Source: Pseudomonadales bacterium
GTDB lineage: Bacteria > Pseudomonadota > Gammaproteobacteria > Pseudomonadales > Azotimanducaceae
Assembly: GCA_038136035.1 (NCBI GenBank)
Contig: JAYPYV010000001.1
Span: 84,577 to 148,576, forward strand
Length of the DNA: 64,000 nucleotides
Direction of reading: 5' to 3'
Numbering within the stretch: position 1 is the first letter of the stretch; every line of letters starts with the position of its first letter. The notes below the pieces were generated by a model. That model made no database searches and was not told the DNA's origin. It saw nothing but the letters and a program-made list of their open reading frames with translations. Of this stretch, positions 53,277-64,000 are shown one piece after another. The position numbers were made by a program, and so were the translations under genes.

Positions 53277-53990
53277 ATGCCAATGCGCTGGCTGCTGACG
53301 CGACCTCATCCTCTGAATGCGCCGCTGGCTGAAGCGCTGAGACTCGCAGGGGATGCGTGTTGGGAGCACCCCCTACTTGCGATTGAACCGCTCCCAGCTG
53401 ATGCTCAACGATTGCTCATTCAAACATCAACGGCCTGGGATCGGGTGATTTTCACGAGCCAAGCTTCAGTCGATTATTCGCTCGAACTGCTCAAGGCATT
53501 GCAGCGTTCAAAGCCGCAGCCCGTTTATTATGCAGTAGGGCAAGCAACCGTCGATCGACTCGCCGGTGAGGGTTTGACCGCTGGTGCAGGTCAAGACAAT
53601 GGATCGGAATCGCTCTTGGAAGCAATGCTGCCATTGCCTAGCGAGCAGCGCATTCTACTGATCACTGGACAAGGGGGTCGTCAATTAATCGATGACGTGT
53701 TGAAGCGCAATGGCCACCACCTCACGCGGTGTGAGGTATACCGGCGACAGAGCTTGGTGGATACGAGTTTGGATCGACTCGTCCAGGAACATTCGATCGA
53801 TACGGTATTGATCACGTCAGCCCAGGCCTTGAGCGCCTTGACGCAGTCGCTTGATCGGGCGACTCGGGAGCACCTGCAATTGGTGGTCATGTCTAAACGA
53901 ATTGCGGATATCGCAAGCGAATTGGATTATGCCCGAGTGGTGATATCGAACGACCTTCGTGCTGAGGCGCTGCGATTGGCGATAGAATAA
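53277..53990 (+). CDS. hemD: Uroporphyrinogen-III synthase
   Basis: A HemD-sized (237 aa) protein directly after hemC with an LLTRP N-terminal motif. The family is weakly conserved, so context supports the call. Confidence 0.85.
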   Translation: MPMRWLLTRPHPLNAPLAEALRLAGDACWEHPLLAIEPLPADAQRLLIQTSTAWDRVIFTSQASVDYSLELLKALQRSKPQPVYYAVGQATVDRLAGEGLTAGAGQDNGSESLLEAMLPLPSEQRILLITGQGGRQLIDDVLKRNGHHLTRCEVYRRQSLVDTSLDRLVQEHSIDTVLITSAQALSALTQSLDRATREHLQLVVMSKRIADIASELDYARVVISNDLRAEALRLAIE

Positions 53991-54018
53991 AGCGATGCAG
54001 GGTTGAGATGAACTGTCT

Positions 54019-55098
54019 ATGACGGACACCGAAAATCAAACGGGACGGGATGCGGCGGTTTCGATATCGAGCATCGAAGCCCCGCGGGTTGTTCCAGCCG
54101 CGCGAGCGTCTTGGTTGATGCGTTTGCTCGTGAGCCTGCTCCTGGTGTTAGTCGTCGGTCTTGGCTTTGGCGCCGTGTGGCTTTGGCAACGTCAGGTGGA
54201 GGCATCTAACCAATTTGCTCAGCTAGACGAACGCTTGGACGCCCTCACCGTTGTGAAAGACAAGATCCGCGTTCTCGAATCACGACAGCGAGAAACTGAA
54301 GCCGACCTTAGCGCGCAAGCCGCGTCGGTTAACACCCTGGAGGCCACGGCAGCGCCCCTGATCGCGCGCCAGGTTCGTCTTTCGTCGATAGCGCTGGTCA
54401 CCGAGCTGAACTATCTGTTGCGGACCGCATCGCTTGCGCTCACGCTCTCAAGGGATGTTGTGCTCGCTGATCAGCTGTTAAAAGAGGCAGTTAACCTTGT
54501 CGGGAGAGAAAATCTACCTGGCCTGGATGCGCTGAAAGAAGCGTTGAAAGAAGATCGTGCTCGCTTGACGAACCATAAGGGGTTGGATGTTTCGGCGACT
54601 TATTTGTCATTGGCTTCTTTGGCGCACTGGGTGACCGAGCAGTCCACGACGACTGCGGCCATGTCAGCGAGCTTAAAAGTTACGACTGAGAGCGAGGAAG
54701 CCAACCAAGCATCGTCAGCTTCTAATAACTCTTGGCAAGGGTTGGCGGAGCGGGCTCTGGAACGTTTGGCAAGTCTCGTTGATTTTAGAAAGAATCAGCC
54801 GCCGATTCGTTTGGGCCCATCGGAGGGTGATGCCGCGTTGTTGCTTCAAAACCAATTGCTGTTACTGAAAACTGCGCAACTGGCGTTGTTGGAGAGAAAT
54901 CAAGCGGTGTTTGATATCAGCATGGCGCAATTTGAGGCAGACGCTGAGCGCTTTTATTCTCTGGCTCAGGGCGATCCCATGATCTTGACGATGAAAAGCC
55001 TACGAGCGATCGAGATAGACATCGAGCCGCCTGTGATCGACGCATCCCTTGGCGCCTTTGAGCGGTTCCGGGCTAAGTTGGAGGAAGACGGCCGGTGA
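54019..55098 (+). CDS. hemX: HemX family membrane protein (often mis-annotated as uroporphyrinogen-III C-methyltransferase)
   Basis: One TM helix (LLVSLLLVLVVGLGFGAVWLW) followed by a coiled-coil periplasmic region. It sits in the hemCDXY order. Confidence 0.85.
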   Translation: MTDTENQTGRDAAVSISSIEAPRVVPAARASWLMRLLVSLLLVLVVGLGFGAVWLWQRQVEASNQFAQLDERLDALTVVKDKIRVLESRQRETEADLSAQAASVNTLEATAAPLIARQVRLSSIALVTELNYLLRTASLALTLSRDVVLADQLLKEAVNLVGRENLPGLDALKEALKEDRARLTNHKGLDVSATYLSLASLAHWVTEQSTTTAAMSASLKVTTESEEANQASSASNNSWQGLAERALERLASLVDFRKNQPPIRLGPSEGDAALLLQNQLLLLKTAQLALLERNQAVFDISMAQFEADAERFYSLAQGDPMILTMKSLRAIEIDIEPPVIDASLGAFERFRAKLEEDGR

Positions 55099-56186
55099 AA
55101 TGGTGGTTCGTAGCCTTGATCGTGATCATCGCGGTTGCGGTTGGCACCGGAGTCAGTCGGGATCCAGGTTATTTACTCATTGCCTATGGAGAGTACCAAC
55201 TTGAAACCAGCGTTTGGGTTGCGTTGGTCTTCCTTTTGGTTGCAATTTTTGGCGTTCGCCTTGGCCAATCGTTCTTCATGGCGCTTTTTGGCCTTGGCGC
55301 GCGCTGGGGGCAATGGCGTCAGAATAGGGCTAAAGCCAAGAGCCAGCGGTTCGTCCAACGGGCGTGGTCTCTAGATCAGATTGGTGAAGTGGATCGAGCC
55401 ACCACGTACTTAGAAACCCTCGTTTCTGATAAAGATTGGGGATCATGGGCCTCGTTGATGCTGGCGAAACTTGAGGGTCAAGCGGGCCTCCAAGCACCCT
55501 CAGAGGGAACTGCGCTTGAAGAAGCGGCCACTTGGCTCGCTATGAATCATGAGGTGTCTGAAGGTCAATTTGAGAAGGCCTACGCTTTAAGTCAAAGCCT
55601 ACCCAAAAATCCTATAACGACCGCGAAGGCGCTGGATATTGCGCTCGCGAGCAATGACGTCTCCGTTGTGCAAAAAGCGTTGCGGGCTTCGACGCAGTTC
55701 GAAGCACTGCCCACCGATGAACAACTCATGTTGATTATTGCGCGGGCTGGTTCAGCGGGTTCAGATGAATTGCGCCGTGATTGGCTCTTGCTACTTACGC
55801 GGCTTCCCAGAGATCAAGATGGTCGCTTATTCAGCGTTCTGTCAGCGTTCTCTGACCCCAGTCTTGGAGAAGAAACGGCTCGAGCGCTGGCCAAGCGCTG
55901 GCCGACCGCGCCCCTCTTTTTGGTTTACGGGCTGCTTGCCGCTCAGCATCCGGAGCAATTTGATAGGCCGCTCAAGAAATTAAGGAGCAAGGCCAGTAAT
56001 GAAGACGCATTACGTCTTCTTGACGCTGCGAGGATGGAGGCGCTAGATCCAGAAGCAAGCTTGCAAGCTTATGTTGATTTGGCATCGCGAGTAGAAAGTC
56101 GACTTTTAAGGCATCGGATGTTGGTCTTGGCTTCCCAGTCAGGCCAAGGACAAGTCGTCGCTCGAATGCTAGAGGCGCTGGTATAA
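55095..56186 (+). CDS. hemY: HemY family protein (N-terminal membrane domain plus TPR-like region)
   Basis: Two N-terminal TM helices with the motif DPGYLLIAYG..LETS. It overlaps the hemX stop (GTGA). Confidence 0.85.
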   Translation: MKWWFVALIVIIAVAVGTGVSRDPGYLLIAYGEYQLETSVWVALVFLLVAIFGVRLGQSFFMALFGLGARWGQWRQNRAKAKSQRFVQRAWSLDQIGEVDRATTYLETLVSDKDWGSWASLMLAKLEGQAGLQAPSEGTALEEAATWLAMNHEVSEGQFEKAYALSQSLPKNPITTAKALDIALASNDVSVVQKALRASTQFEALPTDEQLMLIIARAGSAGSDELRRDWLLLLTRLPRDQDGRLFSVLSAFSDPSLGEETARALAKRWPTAPLFLVYGLLAAQHPEQFDRPLKKLRSKASNEDALRLLDAARMEALDPEASLQAYVDLASRVESRLLRHRMLVLASQSGQGQVVARMLEALV

Positions 56187-56190
56187 GGCT

Positions 56191-56901
56191 TTAACGCCTT
56201 GGCGCGTAGTCGAAAACGTCAGCGTGAACACGAGCTTCTAACACGCCTACTGTGAGCAGACGATCAAGTGTTCCATAAACCATGGCAGGGCTGCCTGATA
56301 TGAAGATCTCAGCCTCCTCGATAGCCTCGCATTCATCTATCACAGCATCAACGACGAGCCCCTTTCGGCCCACCCAATGATCATGCGGCTCACTGATCAC
56401 GGGGTAATAGCGAACGTTCGAATGCCTGAGTGCAAGCGCCTCGAAATAACCGGAAAGGTAGAGCTCTTCGGGTGTGAGAGTCCCCCAAAAAATAGATAAA
56501 GACTGGCTCTCAGATTGCTGCATAACCCAATCACAGATGCTTTTCATCTGTGTGATGCCTGTTGCAGCAGCGATCAGAATGAGGGGTCTATCAGGTGTTT
56601 TTGAAATAAAACAGGCGCCCTCTGGATAGGTGATATCAATCGAAGATGGACGTTGATCCAGATAGCCTTCAACCAGCGCAGAATCGCTCGAACCAGGCGT
56701 TGGTTTGATATGAAGTTCGAGGGTCTCACCGCCGGGCGCATTGGCAATCGAAAACGGGAAACGCCGGTCACTGATGACGAGCTGTAAGTACTGCCCGGCG
56801 AAAAAATCAATTGCAAGACTGGGCTTGCTGAGCACAAGACGACGGACGCCCGCATCGAAAAAGTCATGCTCGATGACGCGACAGGACCAGGTTTCTGCCA
56901 T
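56191..56901 (-). CDS. fre: NAD(P)H-flavin reductase (Fre-like ferredoxin-NADP reductase family)
   Basis: It aligns along its length with E. coli Fre as I recall it (FFAGQYL, R.FPFSIAN, LILIAAATGI, ISGSPAMV, DVFDYA). Confidence 0.85.
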   Translation of the reverse strand: MAETWSCRVIEHDFFDAGVRRLVLSKPSLAIDFFAGQYLQLVISDRRFPFSIANAPGGETLELHIKPTPGSSDSALVEGYLDQRPSSIDITYPEGACFISKTPDRPLILIAAATGITQMKSICDWVMQQSESQSLSIFWGTLTPEELYLSGYFEALALRHSNVRYYPVISEPHDHWVGRKGLVVDAVIDECEAIEEAEIFISGSPAMVYGTLDRLLTVGVLEARVHADVFDYAPRR

Positions 56902-56915
56902 GTTGAGAACTTTGA

Positions 56916-58175
56916 CTAGCTTCGCTTCATAGAAGCAAAGAATTCCTCATTGGTTTTGGTCTTCTTCATTTTGCCGAGCAAGAACTCGATTGCTGCAAGG
57001 TCATCCATTTCGTGAAGAATCTTTCTGAGAATCCAAACCTTTTGGAGCTCCTCTTCAGACATGAGCAGGTCCTCGCGGCGAGTACCCGAACGTCGAATAT
57101 TGATCGCCGGGTACACCCTTTTTTCAGCGATCTTGCGCTCGAGATGCAGTTCCATATTGCCGGTGCCCTTGAACTCCTCGTAGATCACTTCGTCCATCTT
57201 GGAACCCGTATCGATCAAACAGGTGGCAATGATCGTGAGGCTGCCGCCCTCTTCTATATTTCTCGCGGCACCAAAGAATCGCTTAGGTCGCTCGAGTGCA
57301 TGGGCATCAACGCCACCCGTGAGCACCTTGCCTGATGCTGGAATGACCGTGTTGTAGGCGCGCGCCAGCCTGGTGATGGAGTCCAGCAAGATCACCACGT
57401 CGGTTTTGTGCTCGACGAGCCGCTTGGCCTTCTCAATCACCATTTCGCTCACTTGAACGTGCCTTGATGGTGGCTCATCGAAGGTGGATGCAACCACCTC
57501 GCCACGCACGCTGCGCTGCATCTCGGTCACTTCTTCTGGGCGCTCATCGATGAGAAGCACGATCAGATGGGTTTCCGGGTTGTTGCGCATAATCGATTGG
57601 GCGATGTTCTGCAGGATGAGGGTTTTACCCGCCTTTGGAGGCGAGACGATTAAGCCTCGTTGGCCCTTACCAATAGGTGCGGAGAGATCAATGATGCGCG
57701 CAGTAAGATCCTCGGTACTGCCATTTCCGCCCTCTAAAGTCAGCGGCTGGTCGGGGAACAGCGGAGTCAGGTTCTCGAAGAGAATCTTGTTCTTCGATTC
57801 CGAAGGATCTGCGAAATTAATCTGATCCACTTTGAGCAACGCAAAGTAGCGCTCACTGTCTTTTGGCGGGCGGATCTTGCCGGAAATCGAGTCACCGGTA
57901 CGTAAATTGAAACGACGTATTTGACTGGGTGAAACATAAATGTCATCTGGCCCCGCAAGGTAAGAGGAGTCAGGTGAGCGCAGAAAGCCAAAACCGTCTT
58001 GGAGGATCTCAAGCGTGCCGTCGCCATAGATGTCTTCACCGCTCTTGGCGTGTTTTCGGAGGACGCTTGCAATGATTTCTTGCTTGCGAGAACGGCCGAG
58101 ATTCTCGAGTCCCATCTCTTGGGCTATGTTGAGGAGTTCGGGAATCGGCTTGTTTTTTAGGTCAGTCAAATTCAT
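56916..58175 (-). CDS. rho: Transcription termination factor Rho
   Basis: [12 protein letters not shown]-terminus, RNA-binding domain (GFGFLR), Walker A PPKAGKT and a C-terminal [10 protein letters not shown]-like tail. ATG at 58175 gives the canonical 419 aa. Confidence 0.98.
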   Translation of the reverse strand: MNLTDLKNKPIPELLNIAQEMGLENLGRSRKQEIIASVLRKHAKSGEDIYGDGTLEILQDGFGFLRSPDSSYLAGPDDIYVSPSQIRRFNLRTGDSISGKIRPPKDSERYFALLKVDQINFADPSESKNKILFENLTPLFPDQPLTLEGGNGSTEDLTARIIDLSAPIGKGQRGLIVSPPKAGKTLILQNIAQSIMRNNPETHLIVLLIDERPEEVTEMQRSVRGEVVASTFDEPPSRHVQVSEMVIEKAKRLVEHKTDVVILLDSITRLARAYNTVIPASGKVLTGGVDAHALERPKRFFGAARNIEEGGSLTIIATCLIDTGSKMDEVIYEEFKGTGNMELHLERKIAEKRVYPAINIRRSGTRREDLLMSEEELQKVWILRKILHEMDDLAAIEFLLGKMKKTKTNEEFFASMKRS

Positions 58176-58404
58176 AGGTTGATCTTTAAAAGATAGATTG
58201 GTCGGAGCGCAACGACGACGTCGCGTTGATGAGTTCAGTGCGGGGATGATCAATAATTCACGCGGGTGGTAGCCGGTGTCGCGTGGCTACAGGCGGGAAA
58301 ATGCAAGGTTCGAGGTTAAAAGTCAACTCTTTTTTTATAGCTGACTCGCGCTCCGCCTCTTTTTGAGAGCCGATGCTAGACGGACCGCGAGCCAGAGGTT
58401 TGGT

Positions 58405-58728
58405 TTAGATGTTGCTATCGAGAAAGGCTGTGAGTTGCGACTTTGATAGAGCGCCTACTTTTGTGGCTTCGACATTGCCGTTTTTGAATAGCATCAAGGT
58501 TGGGATGCCACGGATCCCATATTTAGGTGGCGTCTCTCCATTGGCATCGATATCGAGCTTGCACACTTTCATCCGACCATCGTACTCAGCGGCGATTTCC
58601 TCAAGAACCGGAGCAATCACTTTGCAGGGCCCACACCATTCGGCCCAATAATCAACCAGCACGGGTAAGTCGGAATTGAGCACATCGCTCTCAAAACTAT
58701 CGTCTGTGACGTGACCAATATCTGCCAT
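58405..58728 (-). CDS. trxA: Thioredoxin 1
   Basis: A 107 aa protein with the WAEWCGPCK active site. Confidence 0.98.
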   Translation of the reverse strand: MADIGHVTDDSFESDVLNSDLPVLVDYWAEWCGPCKVIAPVLEEIAAEYDGRMKVCKLDIDANGETPPKYGIRGIPTLMLFKNGNVEATKVGALSKSQLTAFLDSNI

Positions 58729-58811
58729 AAGAAGACTCCAAATGTTGGATAAAAGGGATGGGCGCTAGTTTAGGCGCAATGCCTGAAAGGAACAATCGCA
58801 AACGCCTGAGA

Positions 58812-61737
<2,926 letters not shown>

Positions 61738-61762
61738 AGCGTGGAGCGAGGAACGTGAGGGC

Positions 61763-62269
61763 TTACGGAGTCCGGCGGCGCAAGATGAGCCATTGCAGCG
61801 CTAAAAGCGGCAAACAGCCAATCACGACCCAGCCTGGGATACTGATGCCTAGCCATTGCCAGCTGACTTCCGCACAACTGCCATCGCCTGAAAGAATCAT
61901 TTGCAGTACGTCCATCAGAGGAAAAACATCCATCAAATAATCTAGGCTTGGTCCACAAGCGGGTACTTGATCAGGGGGCAGGCTTTGCAACCATAATTGC
62001 CGCGCAGCAATACCCATCGTTGAGAGGCCCGCGATGATGCCGAGGCTGCTGTAGATCTTATGGCCAAGCACCCCTGGGTTGTGAACGGCGCCCGCGAGCG
62101 CCACCATGCCCAGCGCAATGACGCCAACCCTTTGAAGAATGCACAAGGGACAAGGTTCGAGTTCGAGCCAATGCTCCATCACGAGCGCAATGGCGATAAA
62201 GCTCATTGAGGCGAAAAAGAGCAGGAGATGAAGGCTTCTTGGGCTCAGCGCGAACAATCTATCAACCAT
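61763..62269 (-). CDS. dsbB: Disulfide bond formation protein DsbB
   Basis: Four TM helices. The first periplasmic loop has CPLC, and the second loop has a cysteine pair (PACG...GSCAE). ATG at 62269 has SD AAGGA; the ORF-track TTG at 62305 is unlikely. Confidence 0.88.
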   Translation of the reverse strand: MVDRLFALSPRSLHLLLFFASMSFIAIALVMEHWLELEPCPLCILQRVGVIALGMVALAGAVHNPGVLGHKIYSSLGIIAGLSTMGIAARQLWLQSLPPDQVPACGPSLDYLMDVFPLMDVLQMILSGDGSCAEVSWQWLGISIPGWVVIGCLPLLALQWLILRRRTP

Positions 62270-62301
62270 GACGAATTCCTTTGGCATTGCGCGGCCTAAC
62301 C

Positions 62302-62925
62302 TCAAGGGATGTTGTTCGATGCCTCTTGTGAAAAGGTACGAATGGTTCGACCAACTTCTGCCGTTAGCTCCGTATAGAAGCTTACGAAGTGGGGAAGTAT
62401 AACGGGTTCTAGGTCGTGAATCTGTTCGATGATGCTGTCCGTGAGCAGGGTCTCACCCTGGTGCAGCCGGGTGCGTATCCAAGTCAGGCTGCGACGAACG
62501 AAATCTGAATCTGCAGTCCTTTGGAGGCTAGACCTTTGAGACATTGCCCGACACTGGGCGAGCGCAACCTCGGGATAATCCGCAAGGTGCTTAGGGTTCA
62601 GTAATCGTGTGAAGGTTGTCTGTTCAAATGTGCCGAGGGGCTCTGGATAAAACGTTTCGAACGCGACGGCGAGTTGATGATCGAACATTAAGTCGAGCGC
62701 AATACCTGCAACTCGTCGGGTCTCTTGAGGAAACCCTTGCCTTAACGCGGTAACGGTTGGGTGGTGGTCGGTGAAATGATCGATGTGTCTATGTAGACGA
62801 ATCCCCCGCTCGACTTCGACTCGTCGCTCGCCCCGCAATCGGCCCTTAACAAAATCGCCTAGGAAACCGCCGACGAGAAGACCGTCATCGTCTCCAGCCA
62901 GCGCGAGATGGGCAAGATGATTCAC
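62302..62925 (-). CDS. acpH: Acyl carrier protein phosphodiesterase
   Basis: The N-terminus MNHLAHLAL...GDFVKG and the HRHID and DHQL motifs match E. coli AcpH as recalled. Confidence 0.85.
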   Translation of the reverse strand: MNHLAHLALAGDDDGLLVGGFLGDFVKGRLRGERRVEVERGIRLHRHIDHFTDHHPTVTALRQGFPQETRRVAGIALDLMFDHQLAVAFETFYPEPLGTFEQTTFTRLLNPKHLADYPEVALAQCRAMSQRSSLQRTADSDFVRRSLTWIRTRLHQGETLLTDSIIEQIHDLEPVILPHFVSFYTELTAEVGRTIRTFSQEASNNIP

Positions 62926-64000
62926 GACCGGTGCTGATAGCCGCTGACAAAGTCATTGAGATAGTGCTCGAACGCGTCATCATCGGTTGGCTTGTAGGCC
63001 TCAGCCGCTGCGATGGAGTCGAGGGCTTCTTTTTCAAAGAGGGATTGATCGACGGCAGACCAGTCGCTTTCCAGCCAGCCTCTGTGGAAGTGTTCGCTTT
63101 GCTCTGTAATGAACGCTCGAAGAGACTGCCCTTCATGACTCAATGTTTGCAGAAGTTTGCCGCTGGGCGTGGCGTCCGGATTCTCGATCCGATGCCGCAT
63201 GGTGCTCAGCGCTACCGCATAATCTTGGCCGTGATTTGCACGATCCATAAAGGCGGCAAGTGGCGCTAAGTCGTCAAGAATTGTGTTGGCCCAATCTTTC
63301 AGACGAACAGAGTGGCCCTCGTTTTGAAGGGTAGCGTCGGCTCGCCGACCCTCTCTCACGGTGTGCTTGAAATTGGTCTGCACTTCGCTGCATCGCGCCG
63401 GATCGTGGGGTGGGCTATCGCTTAAAAGGCAGTGCATGAGGAACAAATCGAGGAAGTGAATTTGCTCCGCGTTAATGCCGATATCCAGAAAAGGGTTCAC
63501 GTCCAGTAACCGCACTTCAATGTAATCGGGGCCGTGAGTTCTCAAGTACTCAATAAAGTTGTCACCCGAGGGTGCGGCAGCTTTGGCTCGCACGGTGGTG
63601 TAGAACTCTGCTTCAGATTGCAAAATGTGCGTGCTGATCTGAGCAAATCTGCCCTCGCGCTGACTTAAGGACTCATAGGGTTCGTGCGGCGTGGTGATGG
63701 CGTCTCTTAGCGTGTCGGTGTAATCCAAGAGGCTGTTGTAGCAGATATTGATTTGTTCAGACTGGATATGACTCTGATAACCAAGATCTCCCGAGCGCAA
63801 GCTGGTCGCGAAGGGCAAGTAAAAGGTGTCGTCATCTAGACGCTCAAAGAGCGACGTCTCACTGTCCTTCAAGAATGAGCGGTCCACTGCAGGTGAGGCT
63901 CCGAAGAGGTACAAGGGCAGCCAAGACCAGCGCCTGAAGTTACGCATCAGGTCAAAGTAGCGCCGAGCGATGTATTCCCGTTCAGACTCCTCGCTGCCCT
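62922..64000 (-). CDS. gshA: Glutamate--cysteine ligase, C-terminal ~359 aa (the 5' end lies beyond the window edge)
   Basis: The frame stays open to nt 64000. YFDLMRNFRRWSWLPLYLFGASPAV and YIEVRLLDVNPF match E. coli GshA blocks. Confidence 0.93.
   Translation of the reverse strand, partial: GSEESEREYIARRYFDLMRNFRRWSWLPLYLFGASPAVDRSFLKDSETSLFERLDDDTFYLPFATSLRSGDLGYQSHIQSEQINICYNSLLDYTDTLRDAITTPHEPYESLSQREGRFAQISTHILQSEAEFYTTVRAKAAAPSGDNFIEYLRTHGPDYIEVRLLDVNPFLDIGINAEQIHFLDLFLMHCLLSDSPPHDPARCSEVQTNFKHTVREGRRADATLQNEGHSVRLKDWANTILDDLAPLAAFMDRANHGQDYAVALSTMRHRIENPDATPSGKLLQTLSHEGQSLRAFITEQSEHFHRGWLESDWSAVDQSLFEKEALDSIAAAEAYKPTDDDAFEHYLNDFVSGYQHRS

Overview
This window is an origin-proximal stretch of core chromosome from a gammaproteobacterium. 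About 63 housekeeping genes are packed tightly, with many 1-4 nt start/stop overlaps. The gene order, as I remember it, follows Pseudomonas/Cellvibrionales-like genomes. It runs dnaA(partial)-dnaN-dnaN-recF-gyrB, glyS-glyQ, and an lpxL-like gene. Next come a methyltransferase-trkH-trkA-rsmB-fmt-def block, a tsaP-like gene, dprA, purE-tsaC-aroE and prlC-yheV. An aa3-type cytochrome oxidase cluster follows (coxB-coxA-ctaG-coxC-DUF2909-SURF1-hyp-ctaB-SCO1). Then come thrB-DUF2782, polA, engB, cc4-dsbA, an IMPDH, cytochrome c5, comM, glnK and thrC. The yigB-xerC-yigA-dapF-lysA-lptM operon is next, followed by cyaY, argH, hemCDXY, fre-rho-trxA, hemB, yheS, dsbB, acpH and gshA(partial). I found no rRNA or tRNA genes, CRISPR arrays, transposases, integrases other than xerC, prophage genes or recognisable defence genes. 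I do not see a new multi-gene system. The most unusual feature is a tandem pair of divergent, intact beta-clamp genes between dnaA and recF. The upstream copy has many substitutions at the positions that form the clamp partner-binding pocket. Other points worth a second look are a sigma-E/AlgU-type promoter driving a terminator-capped sRNA in the polA-engB gap (the Spot 42/ErsA position), and an orphan glnK with a sigma-54/NtrC-type control region, a long leader and no amtB. Also notable are a solitary Tritrichomonas-type IMPDH behind a 450-nt leader, a cox cluster lacking ctaA, and several unexplained 450-680 nt gaps. All calls rest on reading the translations and sequence by eye. Start codons were refined where an ATG with a Shine-Dalgarno sequence (SD) or homologue N-termini supported it.
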